This document shows, piece after piece, positions 1 through 8,310 of a stretch of 64,000 nucleotides of DNA; within the stretch, counting starts at the first letter, position 1; every line of letters starts with the position of its first letter. A model generated the notes under the pieces. The model was not told the origin of the DNA. It made no database searches and worked only from the letters and a program-made list of their open reading frames with translations. Source of the stretch: Bacteroidaceae bacterium (GTDB lineage Bacteria > Bacteroidota > Bacteroidia > Bacteroidales > Bacteroidaceae); contig JAFUPU010000027.1 in assembly GCA_017472635.1 (NCBI GenBank), forward strand, positions 567 through 64,566. The letters are read 5' to 3'. Position numbers and translations under genes: made by a program.

Positions 1-749
1 CCATCCAATGTGTAGACGACCTCATACTTATTAACTTCAAAGGTTGCTACCAAATCCTTAGCTTCATTAACAACAAAAGTATAAGGATTCTCTGTTGACC
101 CATCAGACCATTTTACAAAATGGTATCCCTCGTTAGGGGTTGCAGTCAACGTGATTTCCGTTCCTGTCTCATAAGTTCCGCCTTCTGAAACTGTACCATT
201 GGCTCCGGCTGTAACTTTAACATCTACGTTTTGATATACATTGACCTTAGCTACAACATCTTCAGAATTGTAACCGACCGCATCAGGTGTAGTCACTTTA
301 TCATCCCCTTTCAATACAATTTGGTATTCACCCAAAGGCATATTATCTGAAGCTTTCACCTGAAAAGTAAGAATAGCCCCTTCAGAACCTTTAAAAACAG
401 CGTCAGCAGAAGCACTGAAAGCATAAGCCATAACATCAATCTCTGTATCACTGATTTTGGTTTCTTCAAGTTGTCCTCCCTTGGGTTTACGTTCATCCAC
501 AAACTTCACAACTTTGTATTGATCGTAATCTTCATCATAGTAGGCATCAACTAAAGATAAGCCTTCCGACAATAGAATGGTAAAACCTGCCATCTGGATG
601 TCTACACTATTTGTCAGATTAATGCTAATTTCTTTGGTTTCCCCTGGCATCATTTTCACGTTCTCCACAAACAGAAATGCCTGAGCATTAACTTTCATTG
701 CTCCAATTATCAAGAAGAGCAGAAATATTCCTAAAAAGTTTTTTTTCAT
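1..749 (-). CDS. Secreted protein with an N-terminal cohesin-like domain followed by an InlB B-repeat/Flg_new-like domain; runs off the window edge (partial)
   Basis: Not in the ORF track; translated by hand from ATG at 749: MKKNFLGIFLLFLIIGAMKVNA|QAFLFVENVKMMPGETKEISINLTNSVDIQMAGFTILLSEGLSLV...FKGSEGAILTFQVKASDNMPLGEYQIVL (cohesin-like pattern), then GGTYETGTEITLTATPNEGYHFVKWSDGSTENPYTF (B-repeat). The ATG overlaps the upstream TGA (ATGA, 746-749). Confidence 0.75.
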   Translation of the reverse strand, partial: MKKNFLGIFLLFLIIGAMKVNAQAFLFVENVKMMPGETKEISINLTNSVDIQMAGFTILLSEGLSLVDAYYDEDYDQYKVVKFVDERKPKGGQLEETKISDTEIDVMAYAFSASADAVFKGSEGAILTFQVKASDNMPLGEYQIVLKGDDKVTTPDAVGYNSEDVVAKVNVYQNVDVKVTAGANGTVSEGGTYETGTEITLTATPNEGYHFVKWSDGSTENPYTFVVNEAKDLVATFEVNKYEVVYTLD

Positions 750-1348
750 CGTCTTAAAAGTATATTCATTAGTTTCATAAAGTCAACATTCGTTATTTTA
801 CCATCAGAGTTGAGGTCTGCAGCGGCTTCCAAAAAAGAGAAAGACATACTCCTTCTTAAAAGATAATTCATCATTCCCATAAAGTCGACGTTTGTAATCT
901 TACCATCCCCATTCACATCACCCAACATTACCGTATTCTCTCCTGTCAATGCATACGGTTCACTGGGTAATCCTTGCATTGCTTGTGATTCAAAGGTTAT
1001 TGATTCATTCAATGTTACCTCCTGCCGGGTTGCTGTATGATAAAACTTGAATGTGATGGTCTCTCCCTCCGAAGCATTACTACGCACACGCAGGTAATAA
1101 TAGGTTTTGTCTGTACCGGGAATAATTTCAACCGTTGCTACTCCCCGACACTCCTCACCACAAAAAGCTGCCAATTCATAGTTAGCAGACGCCTTGATTG
1201 TCTGTCCGTCCAATTGCAATTCCGGATAAACTGTCATGTCATACTGGTAGCTATAGATATCACATTGCCAATGCGTATCTTGCGCCTGCACATAGCAGAT
1301 CGGCAACATCAAGCAGACTAACCAGCTCCATATTCTTATCTTATTCAT
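746..1348 (-). CDS. Secreted protein with a C-terminal type I dockerin domain
   Basis: Signal peptide ending VQA|Q; duplicated Ca-binding loop-helix GDVNGDGKITNVDFMGMMNYLL ... ADLNSDGKITNVDFMKLMNILL; N-terminal domain containing AAFCGEECRG. Confidence 0.85.
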   Translation of the reverse strand: MNKIRIWSWLVCLMLPICYVQAQDTHWQCDIYSYQYDMTVYPELQLDGQTIKASANYELAAFCGEECRGVATVEIIPGTDKTYYYLRVRSNASEGETITFKFYHTATRQEVTLNESITFESQAMQGLPSEPYALTGENTVMLGDVNGDGKITNVDFMGMMNYLLRRSMSFSFLEAAADLNSDGKITNVDFMKLMNILLRR

Positions 1349-1371
1349 ATTGGTCTCTTTTTAATGTAAGC

Positions 1372-1400
1372 CCGGTCTCTTCCCTAAAGAGAGAGACCGG
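1372..1400. other. Intergenic stem-loop inside the operon
   Basis: CCGGTCTCT (1372-1380) pairs with AGAGACCGG (1392-1400); no clear U-tract on the minus strand. Confidence 0.55.
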
Positions 1401-1408
1401 ACCATTCT

Positions 1409-4400
1409 CTATTTACCTACTTTCACAATTTTCTTGTAATACATATTACCACCTTGTACAGCCGTTACGATATAGATACCGTCAGCCAGCGGAGCTACAT
1501 GGATTGCTTCACCCTCTTCTACATTTTCCTTCACCAATGCCACACTACCATATACGTCGGTCAGTGTCACACGGTCAAATGTATTTCCATTCAACGACAG
1601 GTAAAGGTTTTCTGTAGCAACTGCAGGCCAAACTTTCCAAGCAGCTTCAGCTTCCGAAATGGTTGATGCATTTCCTACATTCAAGGCAAATGGCATGTAC
1701 AAGCTACCCAACAAGGTTTCTGTAAAGACAGTCTGTTCCACGATGTCAAACACTTCTTCTGTTTCGTTATTCATCGCACGGAAGGTAATCTTTTCATTAC
1801 CGTTACCATAGATAGTCATCATCAGTTTACCACTTACATACTTACCTACGCCACGGCACTCTGTACCACAGAAAGCACCCACTGCATAGCTGTTCACACC
1901 CTTCTTCCGTCCATCTACATAGAGGTCGGCTACCAGCGACATCACATTAGGATACCTGTTTTTATCTACAGCCCATGGAGTCTCGTTCTTTATTCCACGT
2001 CCATAGATGGCACGTGCCCTGGATACGATGGCGCTATTATAGGCGAAATTCTTGTCGCTTTGCGAGTGATACATATATCCCATACCCGGATTCAATGTTT
2101 GCAACGTACCTGTCCAGGTTCCGTTTGCATACTGTGCAAATCCGTCCTGCCCTACGATGTAATCTTCATCATCGGGTTGCATGTTTACAAAAGCTTCACT
2201 CAAGCTCATGGTCTGGCTCAAGGGATACCCCAACCAGTTCCAACCGCTCTTCAAGTCGATGCCGGTAGTCGGGTTGAACTCATAGCCACTCATTACATGG
2301 ATAGAGTCGGCATCCATCTGCACCTTGTAAGCCTCATCGGGTTGCAACGCCTTCAGGTTTCCAATCAGTCCATAAACGGGGTCTTTCACCAATTCAGCCG
2401 TCTGTCCTACGATACGGGTTGCATTTTGCGGTAAGGCAGTTGTAGCAATCTCCGTCTCCATGTTGTGCGATACCCAGTTCCATCCCTCCTTCAAATCCAT
2501 ACCCAAGTTGGTAGTCTTGATGGTGAAACTGAATTCAGCCACTTCACTCTCTTCTAAATCATCAACCATAGCCATAGCCTTGATGGTCATGTCTTCTGTG
2601 ATGGCTATCGGATGCTCATAGACCATACGCGGGGCATTCTCGTCACACGGACAAGAGCCGTCGAGGGTATAGTAAATCACCGCACCTTCGGTTGCACAAG
2701 TCAGCCCCACTTCAGTTCCGCGATAAACAGCTGTACCCGAAGCCCGTGTTGCTTTAGGAGAAGCTATCATCAACAGTTCAGGACTTACCACCTGCACGGT
2801 AGAAGAAGTCTGCACATCGGCATCCGCCAATGAGAAGGTCAGCATAGCAGTTCCCGGCAGGTCACCATTCAGTGTCAACGATGCTTGTCCCTTCTCGTCA
2901 AGGGTCAACGTGTCAGCAGAGATGCTGGCAATCATTGAGGAAGAGTTTTTCACAATCATCTTCTTACCGATAGCAGCGTCATATGGCAATGCACTGACCG
3001 TAATTTGTTTGTCCCCATTGTAAGCGACCTTGATAAGCGAATCAGCCACGAGGCTCTTCACCTCTTTCTCAATGTCAAACGACTGCATATAGTCTTCTTC
3101 CATCTGGATGCCGGCATAACTCTTCACCTTTCGGCTCACGGTCAGAGTCACTTCATCAGTAGTCAGGAACGAAGTTTCGGGCACAAAACGTACTTTTGAA
3201 GCATAAGTTATAGGGTTATCTTCGTAAGTCTGCTCCTCATTCAACAGCGTCACCGCACCAGCAACCGTCTCACCGTTCTTAGTCACAAAGATGTTTTCGG
3301 TGTTCAATCCTTCAAGTTGCATATACTTGTCAAACTCCACTTCAATACCATCTTCGTAAGCACGGGCACTCACCACTTCCGGTTGACGGTTCTGTGTCAT
3401 GGCAATGTTCACTTCCAGTTGGGGAGGAGGCACGGGCAACCATTCACTATAAGTAGTCTGATAACCCTCCTTCTCGAACTTCACTTGCCACAAACCTTGA
3501 GGAACATCCCAGCGGTACATACCGTTTTCATCAGTGAACAGCGGGTTCTCTTGGGCATACTGTTCAGCATCCCAAAGCACGATGTTTTCATGCAAATCAC
3601 CGTACATATCTTCTACGGTTTCTTTATAATAGCAAGAGGCCATTACACCTTCGATACGGTTGGAAGAAACTCCTTCATAGACGTAGCCGGAGGGGTCTAC
3701 AATAGGATCAAGCGGCGGATTTGGGAAATCATCTTCTTCCTTTTCATCGTCATCTTCTTCATCATCTTTTTCACAAGAAGAATAATCGGAACGCATATTT
3801 GAGATAAGATCTATATAAATGCGAGTAATCCTATTTGATTCATTTATATACCAATTTGATATGTTTACTTTGGGAACCAATATATTATCAACATACCATC
3901 CTCCTCCAGAAGAAATAGCTTGCCCAACCCCTTCGGTCGCAGCCGTAGTTGCTTCTGGAACAAAAGATTCTGTACACCATTTTAAAGTTTGTCCAGAAAA
4001 TTGTATTGTAGTAGTAGCACTATTAGAGAACAAACTTGTCATTCCCGAAATAGCGGCACCAATTGCGGACAAACCTACGGATAATGCACCCTTCAAAGTG
4101 CATGAGTTTTTTAAACTTTGTTTCTCTGCATCTATAATTTTTTCAAAACTATTTATATAACGATTAACAGAACTCCACCAAGATTCTATAGAATCTTTGT
4201 ACATCTCAAATTTACGAGAATCCTTTATTCTATAACTACCATCTTCACATCTTGCTGCCAGAACTTTGAGAATTGGTTCTCTGTGCTTATTCCATTTCTC
4301 TTTTTCCATATTCAAAGTTCTATACCAACTTTCTATCTCTGGTTGTTTAAGATGATATTCATACCAAGAACTGAAAATGCCATATCCTGCAGATATAGCA

Positions 4401-7400
4401 AAAGGTAAAATCCGTTGATTGCCATTAATCCCTGTCGCTTCTTTAGTTCCGGTATAATATAACGAAAAAGATTCTTTATTTTTATTATTCCAAAAAGTTA
4501 CATCATATGAATCTTCCTTAAAAGCCTGAACAAAAGCACAATCCATAGAATCATTAATAATATGGACATAATCAGAATACTCATATTTCGATTTTACATC
4601 GTCGTAATTCTCTTTAACAACCCGAAAATACTCAGGTAGATTTAGCCCTTCTGGTATAACAGAGAAATACAACTCTGTTTCCGAATTATTAATTATAGAT
4701 AGTTTTCCGTTATCATATACATTCAGCACTTCATTAAAAAGCCCATCCAATGCTGAAGTAAAATCCTCATCCATTTCTTCATCATAAATAGGAGTTTGTT
4801 GCATTTTAACATAATCTATCTTAACATTTATAGGAACTTTTTTATCATTAGGAAATTTCGAGCTTGCTACCCATTTCCCTAATGAAGAATAGATACCATC
4901 AACTCTACGAGTAGTACCATCTGTAAGTAGCACTGAGAATTCCACATCTTTTACATTCGTTGTGTCACAATTTGAAAATTCTGCAATAAATGTATAATCA
5001 ACGATATTAGAATGCCCCAAATAAGTGTAACTATTCGTACTATTCTTACGATTTTTTACATCAAAGACAATTTCCTCACCATTATACAACATCCATATTT
5101 TAAGCAACTCAGCAGAATTCCTGTCATACACCATTTCTTTTATTTCGCTCACGTAATTCTCACCATCAATATCCTGGATTTCAGCATATATCGAGTGGTT
5201 ACTCCAAGAATATGGTTTATACAACTCTACTTTTGTTGACCATTGACCATTAGCTAAACTTTGCGTTTGCCCAACCAAAATATTATTATCATAAATTTTA
5301 ATTTGACTATTAGATGTAGCTACACCACTTACAATCACAGATGTAGAAGCGGTTATTTCAGGTACTGTAATCTTCATCAATTCCGCCTCAAACGATGCAG
5401 TTCCAATCGGCTGCAATACCTCTTTGCCATTCACATTGAATTGAGCAAATGCACTTGGCCTGCAAGTTCCTCCATCCGTAGGTGTCACACAGAATCGTAC
5501 GACATCATTGATGTTTGCAAGGTCAACAACAATACGATTTTCACTAACCGAGTAGCTTCCTGTGCCATTCCCGGTCAATACGGAATTATCGACAAAACTA
5601 CAAGATTCCGGCAAGTCAAACACAAGTTTCACATCAGACACCCCATTAGCATACTCTTTCTTAAAGTCAACCTTTGCCCGCAAAGTAACATAGTTGCCCA
5701 CTGTAACAGACTGCTTGTTGACTGTAAACTGAGTATTGGAACCTGTGTAATAGAACTGACTGTCATCAAATTCGGGAACATTATCAATTGCCAATGTGGT
5801 AATCTTTCCACTTTGCACCGAAATGTCATTCTTTACAAAATGAGTTCCTTCTATGAGACCAGCATTCGTCAAGTCCTTCAAATTCAAAATAGAATTGAAG
5901 AAACTGCTGCTTTCCATCGTTACAAGTGTGTACGAACCATCCTCCAAATCACTGAAAGAGATTGAAGCGTCAGAATACGACGATTTCTTTAACAACTCAC
6001 CTTTTGAATTGTACAAAACTCCCACAATCTTAGATGAATTGCTTTGTTTATAGTTAGCTTGCAACTCACCCACTTCGACAATAGGAATAGTTACTGACAC
6101 CCGATTGGTCACATCAACCACACCCAACACTGTAACTTCCTTAAAGCTACCTGTACGGCTTGATGCGGTAATGCTCAACACATCATCTTGTTCCACCTCT
6201 TCAATAAGCACAATATAAGGAGTCTGTACACTAAAATTAGTAATTTCCTTTTGAGCCGTCTTATTATATATAGAATAAGAGATATTAGCATAATCGTCAT
6301 ATCCATTTTGTGCTTCAGAGGTTTCACCTTCTGCTACACTTTCTGTAAAGGTCAACTGAGCATTTATTCTTACACCAGTGATTCCTTTCAAAAGGATGTT
6401 ATTCAACATAGCAGAATCAGCCAAGTGGTCAAGTTCAAAGGTCTTTGATACATAATCATTTGCTGCAACTACAACATCACATGCTGCATCATAAACGGTA
6501 GCATTGAATGCACCAGTATTGTCTGTTCGTACTACTACAGATTTTGAATATTTCTCATTCAACAATTGAGAAAAAGTAACAGTTGCATTGCTTATCGGGG
6601 ATTCGGTAGTTATATCTTTTACGATACCCGACAAGTTCACCTCATTAAATGGGGTAAGTTGTACAACAAGAACATTATCTGTAGATAAGACTACATATTC
6701 CGTATTCTCAGGCATTACGTATTGCATGGCCAAATCTTTAGACAACACAATGCGGAAATTCACATTTACGCCTTCAAGGACACCTTTCAACACAGAACCT
6801 TGATTCAAGTATTTTCCTTCTTCGTCAAACCATGTGATTGTCGTTTGTTGAGTTACATCAGCATTATCCGAGGCAACAACCTTCAACGTAACATCCTTCG
6901 GTTGCAACAGCGACTCAAAAGCTACATCCACATTCTCTTCACCCACTTCAATGTCCAAGATAGAACCCAAGACTGCACCCGATGCATTCTTGACATAGAG
7001 GTTATATTTGGTGTCACGAACAAGGTTGGCAAATGAATACGCGACACGGTCTGTAATCAAATACTTCAAGACTTGTCCACTGGATATATTATTGAGCTCC
7101 AACGTCATATTCTTGTATCGTCCATCAGTTGCATCAGCAGGAAGCGAAACACCGATGGCACAAGTCTCCTCATCCAAAGGAAGAAGTGTGAAGTTCTTCC
7201 AGCCATCAGCTTCTGAATATTGCGACAGCACAGATGACGGCACGCGGACAACCACTCCTTCGGGAATGTTGCTGAACGCATTGGAATTCACGATTGGAGG
7301 AATCAATGCATAACATACTATCTCCGACAGGTTTTCACAACCATAGAAAGCGTTACGATTGATTTGGCCGACACTGGTCGGAAGGATAACTTTCGTGAGT

Positions 7401-8305
7401 GATGTGTTATACTCAAATGCCCAACTGGGAACTTCGGTATAGCCCGTTGTTCTTGCCAAGTCTATCAATGTACAATTATAAAGATTGTTTGCAAACCCAA
7501 AGTCATAGCTATCCATCTTACCTACCACCGTCACACTCTGCACAAGGGAATAATCATTATCTCCTAAAACAGAGTAAATAGCACTGTTAAGATTTCCAAA
7601 GACAAACTCGTCGATAATCAATTCACCTGTTACCGGATTAAAATTGTTGGGTGACGGATTACCCGGACTTTTAGGGTCGTACACAAAGGTGGCAGTATAT
7701 TCCAAGTCCTTTGTGCCCATCGTTATCGTCAAAGGATTCTCCGTAGATACAATTTTGCCATTCTGTTTCCATGAAGAGAAACGATAACCTTCACGAGGAT
7801 AGGCATAGATGTTTGTCTCTTCATTCTCTGTCAGCGTGAAACTTGCCGAATTGAAATAACCACCAACCGACGGTGTAGCATACAACGCCACTTTATGTAC
7901 ATAACCATCAGCAAACGGGTCATCAGGATTCTCGGGGTCATAGCCTGCATAATCAAAATAGGCTGTCAACACTACATTTTCAGCAGGCATCACAAAATAG
8001 AACGAGCTATTGGTTGATACCAACGAATCACCCACCATCCATTTCCTGAATGTATAGCCAGTTCTTTCATAAGCCCGACAATATACCTCTGTACCAGCTT
8101 CGGCAGTTACAGTACTGTGGTTCACACTACCACCATAGCGCGGTGCTGTCTCCATCGTAAGGGTATAGTTCTGCGCAGGAGTAGGAGGCACGGATGGATC
8201 GGCAGGGTTTTCGGGGTCGTAGTCAACCCCGCTTTGTGCCCATGCCGACAGTCCAATCGCCCATGCAATCAAAAAACTATATAAATATTTCATGTGTGCT
8301 TCCAT
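1409..8305 (-). CDS. Giant secreted mosaic protein (2298 aa): 2x InlB B-repeat, BspA-type LRR, carboxypeptidase-regulatory/Ig-like domains, variable central region, chitobiase/FN3-associated domain, T9SS-type CTD
   Basis: Signal peptide (probable start M5, 8293); GYTFRKW and GYRFSSW B-repeats; LRR_5-like TSLTKVILPTSVGQINRNAFYGCENL; CATEGAVIYYTLDGSCP; LKEGWNWVS/LKSGWNWLG repeats; C-terminal LADGIYIVTAVQGGNMYYKKIVKVGK. Confidence 0.85.
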   Translation of the reverse strand: MEAHMKYLYSFLIAWAIGLSAWAQSGVDYDPENPADPSVPPTPAQNYTLTMETAPRYGGSVNHSTVTAEAGTEVYCRAYERTGYTFRKWMVGDSLVSTNSSFYFVMPAENVVLTAYFDYAGYDPENPDDPFADGYVHKVALYATPSVGGYFNSASFTLTENEETNIYAYPREGYRFSSWKQNGKIVSTENPLTITMGTKDLEYTATFVYDPKSPGNPSPNNFNPVTGELIIDEFVFGNLNSAIYSVLGDNDYSLVQSVTVVGKMDSYDFGFANNLYNCTLIDLARTTGYTEVPSWAFEYNTSLTKVILPTSVGQINRNAFYGCENLSEIVCYALIPPIVNSNAFSNIPEGVVVRVPSSVLSQYSEADGWKNFTLLPLDEETCAIGVSLPADATDGRYKNMTLELNNISSGQVLKYLITDRVAYSFANLVRDTKYNLYVKNASGAVLGSILDIEVGEENVDVAFESLLQPKDVTLKVVASDNADVTQQTTITWFDEEGKYLNQGSVLKGVLEGVNVNFRIVLSKDLAMQYVMPENTEYVVLSTDNVLVVQLTPFNEVNLSGIVKDITTESPISNATVTFSQLLNEKYSKSVVVRTDNTGAFNATVYDAACDVVVAANDYVSKTFELDHLADSAMLNNILLKGITGVRINAQLTFTESVAEGETSEAQNGYDDYANISYSIYNKTAQKEITNFSVQTPYIVLIEEVEQDDVLSITASSRTGSFKEVTVLGVVDVTNRVSVTIPIVEVGELQANYKQSNSSKIVGVLYNSKGELLKKSSYSDASISFSDLEDGSYTLVTMESSSFFNSILNLKDLTNAGLIEGTHFVKNDISVQSGKITTLAIDNVPEFDDSQFYYTGSNTQFTVNKQSVTVGNYVTLRAKVDFKKEYANGVSDVKLVFDLPESCSFVDNSVLTGNGTGSYSVSENRIVVDLANINDVVRFCVTPTDGGTCRPSAFAQFNVNGKEVLQPIGTASFEAELMKITVPEITASTSVIVSGVATSNSQIKIYDNNILVGQTQSLANGQWSTKVELYKPYSWSNHSIYAEIQDIDGENYVSEIKEMVYDRNSAELLKIWMLYNGEEIVFDVKNRKNSTNSYTYLGHSNIVDYTFIAEFSNCDTTNVKDVEFSVLLTDGTTRRVDGIYSSLGKWVASSKFPNDKKVPINVKIDYVKMQQTPIYDEEMDEDFTSALDGLFNEVLNVYDNGKLSIINNSETELYFSVIPEGLNLPEYFRVVKENYDDVKSKYEYSDYVHIINDSMDCAFVQAFKEDSYDVTFWNNKNKESFSLYYTGTKEATGINGNQRILPFAISAGYGIFSSWYEYHLKQPEIESWYRTLNMEKEKWNKHREPILKVLAARCEDGSYRIKDSRKFEMYKDSIESWWSSVNRYINSFEKIIDAEKQSLKNSCTLKGALSVGLSAIGAAISGMTSLFSNSATTTIQFSGQTLKWCTESFVPEATTAATEGVGQAISSGGGWYVDNILVPKVNISNWYINESNRITRIYIDLISNMRSDYSSCEKDDEEDDDEKEEDDFPNPPLDPIVDPSGYVYEGVSSNRIEGVMASCYYKETVEDMYGDLHENIVLWDAEQYAQENPLFTDENGMYRWDVPQGLWQVKFEKEGYQTTYSEWLPVPPPQLEVNIAMTQNRQPEVVSARAYEDGIEVEFDKYMQLEGLNTENIFVTKNGETVAGAVTLLNEEQTYEDNPITYASKVRFVPETSFLTTDEVTLTVSRKVKSYAGIQMEEDYMQSFDIEKEVKSLVADSLIKVAYNGDKQITVSALPYDAAIGKKMIVKNSSSMIASISADTLTLDEKGQASLTLNGDLPGTAMLTFSLADADVQTSSTVQVVSPELLMIASPKATRASGTAVYRGTEVGLTCATEGAVIYYTLDGSCPCDENAPRMVYEHPIAITEDMTIKAMAMVDDLEESEVAEFSFTIKTTNLGMDLKEGWNWVSHNMETEIATTALPQNATRIVGQTAELVKDPVYGLIGNLKALQPDEAYKVQMDADSIHVMSGYEFNPTTGIDLKSGWNWLGYPLSQTMSLSEAFVNMQPDDEDYIVGQDGFAQYANGTWTGTLQTLNPGMGYMYHSQSDKNFAYNSAIVSRARAIYGRGIKNETPWAVDKNRYPNVMSLVADLYVDGRKKGVNSYAVGAFCGTECRGVGKYVSGKLMMTIYGNGNEKITFRAMNNETEEVFDIVEQTVFTETLLGSLYMPFALNVGNASTISEAEAAWKVWPAVATENLYLSLNGNTFDRVTLTDVYGSVALVKENVEEGEAIHVAPLADGIYIVTAVQGGNMYYKKIVKVGK

Positions 8306-8310
8306 TTTAA

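Noticed and set aside
3686-3697. Giant protein as a classical RHS toxin
   Set aside because: No YD-repeat core, the variable region precedes rather than follows DPSG, and no immunity-like ORF is adjacent.
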